DNA of 64,000 nucleotides from the human T2T-CHM13v2.0 reference genome, Homo sapiens. Of the stretch, positions 10,942 to 23,600 are shown in pieces. Below the pieces are notes generated by a model. That model was not told the DNA's origin, ran no database searches, and saw only the letters and a list, made by a program, of their open reading frames with translations. Position numbers and translations under genes: made by a program. Numbering within the stretch: position 1 is the stretch's first letter; each line of letters opens with the position of its first letter. The stretch lies in the NCBI RefSeq assembly GCF_009914755.1, contig NC_060930.1. The stretch is one strand, 5' to 3'.

Positions 10942-11149
10942 AAAAGGGAACGGGGGGTCCTGGCGCCGGTCACTGAAAGTGGTGCTGCTAGTCACAGAGA
11001 GGCCAGATCCGAGGAAGGCCTGGGCTGGGCAGCCAGCCTCGGGGAGGGGGTTTGTCTGGCAGGATTAGGGCCCGGAGGCGTCCAGAACCTCTGAAGGCGC
11101 TGAGCTGGTGGCAGAGGGAAGCTGAGGTTGCTCACCAGCGGGCCTTTGG

Positions 11150-11490
11150 GAAAGCAGTGGATCCCCTGCTATCCACGTGGGCAAAAAAGTACCCCAAGGG
11201 TCTTTGGGAAGCGGAAGACAGAGGCGGAAGAGGCGGCTCAGAGAGACGACACTGCACAGCGAGGGCCAGAGAGGCCACAGGAAGGTTCATGGCCAAGAAA
11301 CCAGGAAAGGCAAGGAAACAGGCTGTACCCTAGAGCCCTGGGGGGAGTGCAGCTCTGCCCCACCGTGATGCTAGCCCGGGAGGCCTGTGCCTGACTTGAA
11401 GCCACCAGAACTGTAAGCTCGTCCACCTGTGTTGTTTTAAGTCACCAAATTTGTGGTGATTTGTTGCAGAAGCAACAGGACACTGATAGA
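11150..11490 (+). mobile_element. MaLR LTR (MLT1-type)
   Basis: 3' end tgttgttttaagtcaccaaatttgtggtgatttgttgcagaagcaacaggacactgata is characteristic of MLT1. Confidence 0.75.
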
Positions 11491-13139
11491 GGGGCTTTTT
11501 GAGTCTGTGGTGCTTATAGGATGTCCGAGGAGAACCGGTGAGGGAGCGGCTGATTGCAGGGGTCTGGGCTCAGCAGGTGGAGAGGGTTGGTGTCATCTCC
11601 ATAGAGGTGGGGAGTGCGGGGTGAGTGGAGACCTGAGGGTGGGAGCAGATTGCCAGCAAGAGCGTGGAAGGGGCGGGCTGGAAAGAGGAGGCAAGAAGGA
11701 CAGGACGGAGAGGGCGGGTGGGGCACTGGGAGAGGCCAGGGAGCCCATGTTGGCACCAAGAGCCAAAGGCTTCCAGGAGATGCTGCCACAGGGCCCAGGC
11801 TGCAGGACAGGCCCAGATGGCAGCAGAGGGTTCCCTCGATTCTGCAATGGGAGCTCATGGACCATGCAGATGACAGGGCCAGCGTTGGGTGGAGGGGGGG
11901 GTGGCTGTGCAGATGACAGGGCCAGCGTCGGGGGTTGCTGCCCTTGCCCACCTTCAGGGCCTGCTATGAAAGGCTGCTCCATGGACACGCCCTTTGAGAT
12001 GCTTCTCAGGACAGGGGCTCAGGATCCCCCGTGCCCAGCTCACTCCTGCTCGGGAAAGCCTGCCCCACCAGCGACCTTGCCTCTCCTCATGCATGAAAAT
12101 CATCCTACTTTGCTCTTCACAAAAGTGTGGGTGGAGAAAACGGCCTTCAACACTCCTCAGAGCACCTCCTCGGAGCGGAAGCTGCTTCCTGGGGTGTGTT
12201 TCTGTTCTGGAGGTTGCACCTTCGATCCTGAGGCGTGGGAGCTGGCCTGAGGTTGAAGGTGAGGCTGAGGACCTGGGTGAGGCTCCCCAAGGCCCCCGGC
12301 TGGGCTGAGCAAAGAACGGGAGCGTGCCCCCACCACTCACAGGGTGTCCACACCTGGAGAAGGAAACCACAGGCTTTGTCACCTTTGTCTTAAGTCAGTG
12401 GGACAAACCTAGAAAGTGAGGCATTTTGGACAGCTCCAAGGTGGCTGTGTCCTGGCCTGCCCAGACCGAGGGCCCCGGGATTCTGGAGGCGCAGATTGGA
12501 TCCCAGGATGCATGACTAGTGACTCCTAAGGTGGGAACCCCTGGGTGAGCGAGGAGTGGGAGGCCGGTGCACATCCACCTTCTGTCCCGGCCTCCTCTTC
12601 CGCCGGTCCTGTATTTCTCTCGAAGTCTCATCCCGGCCATCAGAGCCTCAAGACTTCTCAAGCTCCTGGCACATTCTGAGGTAAGCACCTAGGTTGATGG
12701 TGGCCTTCTCTCCACACACAGCACAGCCACGCTGGGGAGTGGGGGCCGGTGAATGGCCTGGGGACAGGCCACAAGCAGGCCTAGGTGGGGGTGCCCTGGC
12801 CTGCTGTCCCCTCCACCCCTGTCCTGGGAGCCTGTCTGCACCAGCACAGAAAGAATATCACGGCTGTCACCCACAGGGCCTAGCAGCCGGGTTTTTCTCA
12901 CCAAGAGCTCGTGTGGAGAGGGACGCAACATGTTTCCCTTTTATGAGGCTGCTCCCTGTCCCCAAAGGTGGGGCTGACGGGTGTTCCTGGGAAATGAGAG
13001 CCTGCCCTGCCCTTTCCCCGGGGCTCCCTCGTCCATGCTCAGCCTCCCAGAAGCCCCTCCTGCTGAGTTGCCCACAGCCCTCCCTGCCGGCCTGGCCTCT
13101 CCTTGCAGCTCTTCCTCTTCTCATGAAGGTGTGTGGAGG

Positions 13140-14200
13140 TTGGGGTTTGCGCTCTCTCTTCCTTGATTAACCTTGCCAGAGGCTTGTCTGTTGCAGAGAA
13201 CCCGCTCTCAGTGTCATTGATACCACTCGCTCTGAGTCATGAATTTCTCAGCTTACCCTTTCTTCTCCTTCCCTCTAGTTTAGTTTGTTCTTTACTATCC
13301 TGCTTCTTAATTACAACATTTATTTTCATTTCTGTTGAATTTTGTAAAACACATTCCAGTTATCAGTTTTCCCCAGGGAACAGTGGCTCACGTCTGTAAT
13401 CTCAGCTCTTTGGGAGGCTGAGGCAGGAGGATCACTTGAGCCCAGGAATTCCAGAACAGCCTGAGCAATATAGTGAGACCCCCATCTTCACAAATAATTT
13501 AAAACTTAGCTGAGCATGGCGGCGTGTGCCTGTAGTTCCAGCTGCTCAGGAGGATGGGACGGGAGGATCGCTTAAGCCCAAGCAGTGGAAGCTGCAGTGA
13601 GCAGTGATGGCACCGTTGCACTCCAACCTGGGTGACCGAGTGAGACCCTGTCTCAAAAACAAGACAAAAAAAATACCAGTTTTCTTCTCAGAACATTCCT
13701 ATGCCATGACTGTTGTTTTATAAAAACCCACAATGGCTGTGTTCTTTTCCTCTCCTACTCATGATTTTTTTTGGAGGCTCTTTTAGTTTGAAATAGGTTT
13801 TATTTTTCCCTGTTTTTCCTTGTACTATTGAATTTTAGTTTTATTGCATTATTATCACAACATGGCTTATATAATTTCTATATTTGATCACTTTTCATCT
13901 CTTATTTCTTCCATCATTACTTCTCTGCTCACGCTTGCCTTCTGGAATCTCCAGGAATACCCAACAGATATTTTGCGTTCTTGCCTTTTTCTTGTCTTGT
14001 TATTTATTATTTTCGCCTCTTTATCTTTTCTTCTGGGTGCTCAGAGAATTTCTAGAGTCATTAGTTTAGCTATCTGTTATATCCAATATGCTGTTCATGG
14101 CTTCTGTTGAGCTGAAAAACCAATGAGTAATTAATGTTTTACTTCTAAAAACAATATTTTTTATTTATATATTTGTGCATATCTTGGTATAAAACAATAT
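13140..14200 (-). mobile_element. Degraded ancient L1 (L1M-type) fragments interrupted by an Alu
   Basis: T-rich antisense L1-like sequence (ccttgattaaccttgccagaggcttgtc..., tttctatatttg). Confidence 0.5.
13372..13673 (+). mobile_element. Alu (AluJ-like)
   Basis: Dimeric Alu with A-rich tail; cagttttc on both flanks may be the TSD remnant. Confidence 0.9.
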
Positions 14201-14227
14201 TTTAAAGTCTCAAATTGTTCTCTTCTA

Positions 14228-14403
14228 CTTTTAGAGACAGGGTCTCTCTCTGTCACTCAGGCTGTAGTGCAGTGGGGTGTGGGTATTGGGTGGGCACAGT
14301 CATGGCTCACTGCAGCCTCAAACTCCTTCCTGGGCTCAAGCCATCCTCCTGCCTCAGTCTCCCAAAGTGCTGAGATTACAGGCTTGAGCCACTGCACCTG
14401 GCC
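14228..14403 (-). mobile_element. Alu monomer (FRAM/FAM-like) with a short GT-rich insertion
   Basis: Single ~175-bp arm, antisense; the insertion is ggtgtgggtattgggtgg. Confidence 0.75.
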
Positions 14404-14854
14404 CGGTTCCTTTTTCACAGAAGCAATTTTCTCCCAAGTTTCCTTTAGAATAGAGTTTTCTTCTGTTTCTTGGAGAACATCAATTTCACAGGAAAATAGT
14501 TGCTGGAATTCCTCACATAAGCCCCCTTATTTTACATTTCTGGATCTTTTATACGTTCAATTATTTTTCTCCATAATCTATTGGATTTGAGATGGATTTT
14601 TTTGGAAATTGTGTTGAAATATTTCAGTCTCACACAAAGGAGTAAAGAGAAACTGAAGGGACCCCGCACCTCCAGAGTCCCTTCGGTTTGCCCCCTTCCC
14701 GCCCCTGGCCGGCTCCTGGCCACAGGTGGCTGCACCTCCACAGCCTGAGGTAGGACACGACGTCCCCGCTCTTCTGTTTCTTTTGGAATTTGCTGGAGCT
14801 TTTGTCACCTAGAACATGGCCAGGTTTTTATTATGAAAAAATACATCTAATACC

Positions 14855-15020
14855 TTTTTTAAAACATTTTATTTTGCAATGATTGTAGACTCACAGTAAG
14901 TTGCAAAAATAGCACGGAGGTGCCCCATGTGCCGTTCCCGGTTTCTCCGGTTTCTCCGGTTTCTCCGGTGCTGTGTGCGAACCAGAGGGCGGTGTGGCGA
15001 CCAGGAAGCGGGGCCAGCAT
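14855..15020 (-). mobile_element. Old L1 (L1MC/ME-type) 3' end grading into CpG-rich sequence
   Basis: ttttattttgcaatgattgtagactcacagtaagttgcaaaaatagcac...cccatgtgccgttc matches the recalled antisense L1MC 3' terminus. Confidence 0.6.
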
Positions 15021-15231
15021 AGTGCGCGTGCGCAGAAACAGCCCCGCGGCGCCGGCAGCCGTTCTCCCTTTCCTAGACGGCAGGGGCCGATTCAGCCTGG
15101 GCGGGCGTGCTGCCCTCGTGTTGCTGCCATCACGGGGACTCTGAAGATGACTCCTCCATGACTAGACAATGAGAGTTTATACCAGGGCCCCTGGTTCTCT
15201 GTCCTCACAGGCCTCTCCCTGCTCACTTCAC

Positions 15232-15497
15232 CACACACTCACACGTGCACACTCAGACACACGTACACGCGCGCGCACACACACACATACACACTTTCAC
15301 ACACACAGGTGCGTGCACACACATATACACTTACAGCCATGCACACACACGTACACACACTCATACACACGCTCAGTCACACATACTTCCACACAGTCAT
15401 GCACACACACGTACACATACACTTAAGCTCAGTCACAGTCACGCACACTCTCGCATTCATGTGCACACACGTGCACATACGTACACATACACACACG
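15232..15497 (+). repeat. Degenerate (CA)n/CACG/CATG low-complexity tract
   Basis: Direct reading. Confidence 0.9.
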
Positions 15498-18400
15498 CTG
15501 GGCCAGGGCTTGTCCCTGGAGCCAGGCGCCCGCAGTCCCCCCAGCCCTGGGAGCCCGGGCATCCTCACTGCCTCCCTGCTGCCTGCAGTCTCAGGTCCCC
15601 AGGGCTGTGCTCAAGGGTGGCCTCTGTCCTCTGCCGGTCTTAGCCCCAGCAGCCCTGTGGGTCTCTTCCTGGGAGGCCTCCTGCCCCGTGTTGCATGGTT
15701 GCATGGTGTGGGGATGTAGGTGTGTGGGTTTTGGAGGGTGTGGGCCCTGCAAGCTCAGTGGAGTACAGCGAAAGTTCCGGAGACTTTTCCCTCTAGATAG
15801 GGGGACCAACTGGTCCCAGCTTTCCTGGGACTTCCCTCGTTTTGGCCCTGAAAGTCCCACATCCCTGGAAGTCCTGGGTCACCCTCCCCTTGCCCTCCTA
15901 GGACCCTCTGGCCTCGTTCCTGAGTCAAGGAAGGGCCGCCCTGCGGGTGTCCCCAGCCAAGGGCTCTGCTGCAATGCGTCCACCCCCTCTGTGGCTAGAG
16001 GAATCTGTTGGCGTCCCACTGGTGATTGGTGATGTCCCCTCACTCCCAGCCCTGTGGCCCCAACCTGGGCTGCCCAGGCTCTCCTGCCTGCCGTCCACCT
16101 CTCCCGCTGCCAAACGTGCTCTTCCCTGCCTTTCCACGTTCTCATCACAGTCGCACACTCTTTTGCCGGTTGGCAGGGCTGGAGAGAGTGGGCTGGAGTC
16201 ACTCTGACCTGGCCTCTTGGGTCACTGTCCTCATCTCAGGCAGGGTTGTCCCAGCGGCTCTCACATGACTCTATGGCTTTGCCCACCTTAGAGAGTGGTT
16301 CACACGGTGGTTGCCCCCACCTGGCCCTGGCCTGGTTCCTCTTGTCGTTTCTTCAAGATGAGCCTCCTCCCAGCCCTCCTGGGTGGCTCCTGCCATGTGG
16401 GGCCCAGTTCTCTTGCTCCTTTTCCTCAATAGAGAAAACAGTCAGAAGCCGTGTTCTGTGTATATGGCATAGGTCACATCCCTTGTCCACCCAGACCCCA
16501 GCTGTGAGGGCAGGGCCTTTGCCCAGCTCGGAGCTGGGGTGGGGCTGGGCCCCTGGAAGGCAAAGCACATAGCAGTGGGAAGGTGAAGACCCTCCAGGAA
16601 AACAGCTGCCCGCGCTTGTGGGTGTGTTTTCTCCTTAGCTTACTGGGCATCGATTGATTTTACTGTTAAGGAGAGAAGGCAGTGTTTCCCCTTTCCTCAG
16701 TGACATTGTGGGGCCATTTATGAGCTGTGGTTTTCCTGCCTGCCTTTTTGGGAGGGAGTGGCTCTGTCTGCCCCAGTGCAAGGCAGCTTGGGGAACACAG
16801 ATGAGTCGCCAGGGAGGACTCCTTGAAGGGCAGTGGTGAGGCAGGAGGACCGCCCAGGGGCCCTCCAGGTGACGAGCAGCTCCTGATTGGTCTGAGGAGG
16901 CCCCTATGCATCGCTCTCTGGTCCGTGGAGCGAAGCGACAGCTGCAACCTTTGTGCAGAAAACACAGAGAATCCCGCTGGTGTCACAGGGCCGGGGATCT
17001 TTAGTACTCATGGGCACCGAAACAGCCCAAATGCCCTGGGGGCAGGCAAACCCCCAGAGCTGATTTGGAAGGAGGTCTCCCCCAGTACCAGAGGAAAGCG
17101 CTGGGCACCCCCCCCCCCCGTGGTGGCAGTGGACTGTGACTGCTGGTGCCCCTCCGTGTCACTCCCTCTGGTCCCCCGCAAGCTCTTGGCACTCATGTCC
17201 AGGAGGCTCCCATTGCTCAGCGGATGTTGAGGGAGCACTTTGTACTAAAAGCGTGCTGGGGCAAAACGACTTCTTGATCTCTTCATGTTTTAGGCAGCTC
17301 CTCCCGTTATGGGCCCCAAGAGCGCTGCTACCTCCCAAGGGAACACAGAGAAGGTGGCTGGCGTCTGTCCTGCGCAGCGAACGGTGGTCCGGGGATGCTC
17401 CTGGACGGGGTGGAGCAGATGGATGACAGAGAAGTTGGGGGGCCCTGAGGAACAAGAGAAGCTGTGTTGGTGGCAGCAAAGGAAGACACCAGCCTGAAGG
17501 AGGTGCGGGACAGACAGGTGCTGGATGGAGTGCTGCGTGGGGATGAGGATGTTATTTTTGACAAAATGAAGGGGAACATTCAGGCGGTCATTAGCGAGCA
17601 TGGTAATGGGCTTGTCGCTTATGCTCGGTGACAAGCTGTAGTGGCTTCTAATTTCTCCTGCACCTCCAATTACCCTTCAGGAGCAAGACCGTCCTCACGG
17701 TCAAGCCTTTCCAGCCAGCAGATCCAAGCAAGGAATAAGATCTATGCAGCTTCCATGTGTCTCTGGGAGAGAAGATTGATAAAAGCAATCAGAAATTTCC
17801 GGAATTGCCTGGAGAAGAGAAGGCCAGCGGGAGGGGAGGGGGCGAAGATGAGGAAGGAGAGGGCACAAGTTAATAACACCTGTCACGTTGCCGAGGGGAT
17901 GCTGAGGGCCACAGCTGGGCTCTGTTTCGGCTTCGAGCGGAACAAAGAAGAAAGGGCAGCTGCTCCAGCAGCGAGGAGGTGGCTGGACATGAGGAAGTCT
18001 GTGGCTGACGGGCTTCGGGGAGGCCTCCAGGGAGCTGCAGTCCCTGGGGACAGCACCCCGGTGCAGGTGGCTCCGGTGGCCCCTGGGTTTGGCGCCCAGC
18101 ACATTCCCTTGACACAGCATGGCTATTTAAGGCCCAGGCCAGCATCCCATCGGGTGCTTTTAGCCGCCTGCGTCTCCTGCGCCTTTGGGGCTTCTGGGGC
18201 CTTCGTGACAGCAATCACCAGGCCTTTCATCCCCGTGGCTCAGAGCATCCCCCTCAGGGGAGCGGCAGCCTTGGAGGGGGTGAGTGGGGAGGGGTGAGTG
18301 GGGAGCGGCTGAGGGGGGCCGGCGGGCCCGCTCCGTTGTCCCCTGCAGCGGCAGGCGCTGGAGAACTCGGCTGCAGTCATTAGAGCCGGGAGTTGGCGAC

Positions 18401-19589
18401 TGTTGGGGCCTTGTGTGGGGATGAGCTGTTAGGACTTTCCTGCCTTTAAAGAACAGGGACTGGTAAAATCGTATATATGAAATCAAAGCAAAGAGGAACC
18501 TGTTTTAGAGGTGAACAAGAGAGAGCTCAGAGAAGCGCATTAGGGACATATGGCATTTGTCAATCAAACGCAGAGCAACCTTCAAAAAGCCATTAGAAGG
18601 CAGCCCCATGCCGGTTCCGCCATTTGTGCCGGCTGAGGGCTCCCCCGTCCCGCAGGCCCCACAGACGCTCTGTTTCTGGGACTAATTAGCCTTCCAGAGG
18701 GCAATCAAGGGCCTCTGCTGGAACTTTCTTAGGAACTGAGCCGTTAGATGGCTTCAAATGGACACCACTAGAAACAGGCAGGAGCCAATTAGGCAGCGGC
18801 TCCCTCCCGGGGCCCGGCCAGGCTGCAGAGCGAGCCAGGAGGCTCCAGCAGCCTCTTGGTGCTCCCTCTCTCTGACAACGCTCCTGCCTCGTTCCTCCCC
18901 ACATCCCCAATCCTTGCACTGAGATCATTAACCTTCAGGGCTCCACGAGGGCAGGCATTGGGTCTGCTTTACTCGCTGCTGGGTCTTCGGAGTCTGGAAG
19001 GGTGCCTGGCACGGAGCAGGTGTTCACTCAGTGTGGCCAAATGTCTGGGTTTTGTCCCAGCGGAACGAATCACGTGGGATTTCCTTTGCGGAGCATACTT
19101 TTAACAGGCCAGCCATGTCCACTCCCGCTTGAGTTGGACACGATTTAGGCATAGGGAAAAGGGGCGTTAGTGCCGTCTTGCCACACTCGCCAGCCAGGCC
19201 CACTGGCCTCGTCCCTGAGTTTCCCAGGGGAAGTGGGTGCCAGAGACCATCCAGTGCCCCCACACCCAATGAGTCTGTCGACTGAGTGCCGCAACCAGGT
19301 CCCAGCTAGGGGCCCGCAGGCTGCCCTTGGCCTGGGACACCATTGCGTTTTCCCGCAGGACCTGCCCACCGCTGACCTACCGCATCCGCTGCTGGCCTCC
19401 ACCTGCTAGCCCAGGCCAGGGCCCAGGGTGTGGGTGCTGGACACGTCGAGGGGCACAGGGAGCCAAGACTGCCTCATCCAAGCCCCAGAGCCTGCAGCTA
19501 ACAAGCTAACAGGGAGACGGTATGTAGCAAACAGTCACACAAATAGTTCTTTCCCTCACTCCTTGTGTCCTCCTATTCACCCTCCCTTC

Positions 19590-20330
19590 TTTGTCCTTTT
19601 CTTAAAATTAGAAGCTAAAAATATGTCCATTGTAGAAACTTAGAACAGTACAAGAGCATAGAGAAACAAAGTTAAAAATATCAGTTACCTGTAATTCTGG
19701 CATCCAGAAATATCCACTTTAATAAGGTGTTCAATTTTGTAAGCAAACTTTAAATTTTATTATATCCTAAGCCTCTTCATGTCATTAATTTTTCTAAAAT
19801 TTGAGCCTTTGTGGCTGCCTAGGGCCCCATTTATTTCACCCATCCCCAGTTGTTGGACATTCATGTCTCTTCCACATTTTCACCCTCATAAAAAAATGCC
19901 GCCACAAACATCCCAGAAGATAAATCTTTGTCACAATCTCTAATTAATTCATTAAGATAAATTCCAGGGAGTGAAAAACAGTGTTTCAAATGGTATGACT
20001 ATTTTTAAAGCTATCTGGACATGTGGCCAAGTTACACTCTTGGGAACGTCATGGAAAATCCCAGCAGAAGTCTAAGAAAGGATCTAGATCCAGCTCCTTG
20101 AACCCAGCCAGCACTGGGTTATCTTCCCGCTTTGCGAAATTTGTCCTGTTTTCATTTCCTTGTCAGCAAGATTGAATTTTTTTTTTGTATGTTCCTAACC
20201 CATCTATATTTTGTTTTCTGGAAATTTTCTATTTGTATCCTTTGTCAATATTTTTTTTACCAGACTACTAATCTTTTATGAAAGTTTATTGTTTGAATTA
20301 TAATCATTAGAAATTTCTCCTTTGTCACTT
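19590..20330 (-). mobile_element. Ancient L1 (L1ME-type) fragment
   Basis: gttggacatt...ttccacattttcacc...ataaattccagggagtg...aaatggtatgactattttt is typical of antisense old L1 3' sequence. Confidence 0.6.
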
Positions 20331-20827
20331 TTTCCCTCCCCTCCCACCCCCACCCCCAGCCCCAGTTCTGTGTTTCAGACCTCAGTGTCTTTATCTACAA
20401 AATGAATCGCTGGGCCAAACCACCTCCTGACTCCAAAAGTCTTTTCAAGAGCTCAAGCCGGCTGTGTTCTGCCAGATATGTCTGGTATAATCCTCCCTCA
20501 TCTGCAGCCCGGTTCAGGTCTCCCAGCCCTTAGCATAGCTCCAGGAAACTTGAATTCCAATGCCTGCCTGAGTTTGAGTTTCACACTTGAATAACCAAGT
20601 CAGGTTTGCTAATCAGGCTTGCAGGTGTGAGTGGGAGCTGGTCCCTCCCAGAGGAGGGTCAGGGTGTCCACACCAGGAACCTCTAAGGCTGGGCAAGGCC
20701 GAACTGCTGCAGAAATGCAAGGCATGGCCCAACCACCCCCATTTATTGGTTGAGGAAATAATTCTGTGACATGAAAGAATTTATCTCTAAATATGAAAAG
20801 GAGATTTCAGAACAATGTGAGCCATTC

Positions 20828-21470
20828 ATGCACACACGTGCATGCACACCCACACGTGCATGCACACACACACGTGGAGACTGGGGTCGTGCACACCCAC
20901 ACATGGAGACTGGATCGTGCACACACACACGTGGAGACCGGGGTCATGCACACACACACGGAAACCGGATCATGCACACACATACGTGGAGACCAGGGTC
21001 ATGTGCACGCACACACATATGCACACCCACACGTGGAGACTGGGGTCATGCACACATTGCACATCCACACGTGTAGACCAGGGTCATACAAACACACACG
21101 TGGAAACCAGATCATGCACACACATGTGGAGACTGGGGTCATGCACATCCACACATGGAGACTGGATCATGCACACACACACGTGGAGACCAGGGTCATG
21201 CACATACACACGTGGAAACCGGGGTCATGCACACACACACGTGGAAACCGGATCATGCACACACACGTGGAGACTGGGGTCGTGCACACCCACACATGGA
21301 GACTGGATCATGCACACACACACGTGGAGACCGGGGTCATGCACACACACATGTGGAAGCCGGATCATGCACACACACACACGCGTGGAGACTGCGGTCA
21401 TGCACACACACACATGAGACCGGGGTCATGCACACACACGCACGCATGCCCACACATGGAGACCGGGGTC
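20828..21470 (+). repeat. Minisatellite/VNTR, ~20 units of ~27-29 bp, consensus (CA)nCGTGGAGACYRGGGTCATG or ...GGATCATG
   Basis: About 20 GGAGAC/GGAAAC cores counted; 12 CACGTG hexamers. Confidence 0.95.
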
Positions 21471-23084
21471 TGTAAGCATAGCCTTCAAAACATTAACCAG
21501 TTCCACCACTAGGAGGTGGGGTTACCCATTTTTATTTGGTTCTTTTAATTGTATTTTTCTACGACAAATGTCAATTATCCTGCAATAAGCAACACCCCTC
21601 CCCTCCTTCCTTTCAGATGTTGCTTCCAAATCAATTGCTGTGAGGCCGTTGCCTCTGAAGTTGCACTCCCACTTCTGGGCGTCGCCTCACCACATCCTCC
21701 AGGTCTTGCCTCTAGATGCCGGGGGCCAGTTCCCAGGTGTCAGAGAGTGCAAGGAGAGTCAGGGGCCATGGCAGGCCTGGACCCAGGGAGTGTGGAGGGG
21801 GCATTCTCCCAAGCTATGGGTGGGTTTATCAACACACATTATTAACAAGACCCAGAACTGGCCAAATCTTGAATTCAGCTGGTAAAATTATAAGTTAATT
21901 TTTAAAATTAGGAAAACAGAATTGGCAACACAGGGCTCATGATGTCTCGTAGATATTCCTATGTCATGACTGTTAAAATTTAAGAAAACCCAGTTTTTAG
22001 CCTCTATGGTTGGGCCTGGAAAAGGAAGAGGCGGCCATGAGGTCAGCCCCCGGCATCTGTGTGTGACAGCGTAGGACAGTGTCAGAAGACCTATGTGGGG
22101 GCTGTGGGTGGTGGCCTCTCTACTCCACACCTTGGGCTTCCCAGGGGGACAGTGGCTCTGAGTCCCCTTGGGCTCTGCCTTGCAGGGTGCCGGAGTGTCA
22201 CATAAGACCAAAGGTAGCTCTGGGGTTTGATGAGCCCTGACACTGGCCTCTGTCATCAGGCTCCCTGAGTGGGGATCAAAACCGGGAGGCGGCGCCAGGC
22301 TGTGGGATTGGGAGAGCTGTGCCCAGCCCAGCACCAACTGCCCGGGTCTGTGCATGGGCCCAGAACCGAGGGTGAGGGCGCGTTCCTGGGGGATCATTCC
22401 CTGTACCCAGAGATGCCACCTCCAGAAGAGTTACCCCAGAGCCACCAGACATTTCCTGGAACTTTTCTGAGCTCCTTCTGTCCTGTGGAGTCACAGCTGC
22501 GGCCTCCCCTTCCTCCACGCATGTCTCGGTGGACATCTGGGCAACTCCGAGTCTCCACTCAGCCACATCAGGTGCATTTAACTCCCAGGCTCTCCGTGAG
22601 CATCGCGCCGGCAGCCACTTTGTTCCTGCCTCCCTGGCTGCTCGCCCACTTGTCTGGTCTCCATGGCGACGAGCACCTCTAATGGATGTGCCGAGGTCAC
22701 ACCCGCTGCTTCTTTGCTGAGACTTGTCACCTCCCTGCCAGTGCACGCCCCCATCTCACAGCCTCCTCTTCCCCAGATTACCCTGCACGCTGAGGGTCTA
22801 GCTTCACCTCCTAAGATGAGTTCCTCCCTGACCAACTCTCTTGTTTTCTGCTCAGTTTTAAGCATCTCAAAGATAGTTTTCTTGAAGGTTTGCTGACCTG
22901 CTTTGGACTCTAGTCTTTGGACAGTGGGGAATGGGGATGGCTGGGGTTGTTGATACGCTCTTTGGGGATGTGGGACACGGTGGTCTGGCCGGTGATGGTA
23001 CTGCCGTCAGCAGCATCTGGAAGAGGCACAGGCTGTGGTGTGGGGAAGGCCGGTTTGAAACCACCACACAACAGCTTGTCAGGT

Positions 23085-23600
23085 GCGTTTAGCAAATAAT
23101 GACTGAGCACCTGCTGTGAAGCAGGAATACACTGGGGGACCAGGCAGTCTCCTTCGCATAGCCTTCAGGCTAGTGAGCACAGGGTCATCACATTTAGCAA
23201 ACAAATACAGAAGATGCCCAGTTAAATTAGCATAAGAATCAATATTCATTGTTTATCTGAAATTCAAATTTAACTGGGCATCCTGCATTTTGTCTGGCAA
23301 CCCTAAGTGGGAGAGAAAGAAAACAAATAAATACAGAAATAACATCATTCCAGGATTCTGGTGTGTGCTAGGCAGAAAAGGCCAGTGTGCTATGAAAGCA
23401 TCCCAAGGGGACAAGTGGATGGTTAGGGACGGCCTCGTGACATTCTGGAGCATGGGAGGAGCCAACATACACAAAGCCTAGGGGAGGACACTCCAGGCAG
23501 CTGGGGCAGCAGGTGCAGAGGCCCCGCGGTGAGGAAGAGTTTGACGCAGTCCTAGGCCAAGCAGGCAGGTGTGGCTGGGTGGAGTGGCTGGCGGGCAAGT
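23085..23600 (-). mobile_element. L2 fragment hosting MER53
   Basis: tttagcaaataatgactgagcacctgctgtg... and downstream ctccaggcag...gcagaggccc motifs of antisense L2. Confidence 0.55.
23180..23305. mobile_element. MER53 palindromic non-autonomous DNA transposon (internally deleted)
   Basis: Ends ...tgtctggcaacccta; perfect 16-bp inverted repeat gatgcccagttaaatt (23213-23228) / aatttaactgggcatc (23267-23282). Confidence 0.8.

Noticed and set aside
11866-11933. Small tandem duplications (21-bp core at 11866/11908; 11-mer at ~7522; 18-mer at 59013/59031; 10-mer at ~55090)
   Set aside because: Real but ordinary slippage products with no sign of function.
11453-12250. 265-aa ORF (also 17641-18297, 52977-53711, 59630-60241)
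   Set aside because: No recognisable homology, non-ATG starts or partial repeat origin, GC-rich context; treated as chance ORFs.
14976-14994. CTCF-like motifs (also 29326, 31397, 51276) and REST half-sites (35106, 48269)
   Set aside because: Each misses key consensus positions or spacing; cannot be supported without a PWM scan or ChIP.
20828-21470. CRISPR-like repeat/spacer appearance
   Set aside because: The intervening parts are variable CA runs rather than unique spacers; mammalian DNA with no cas genes. It is a minisatellite.
23180-23305. Hairpin as a novel miRNA precursor
   Set aside because: Explained by the MER53 palindrome; this copy has lost much of one arm and there is no expression evidence.
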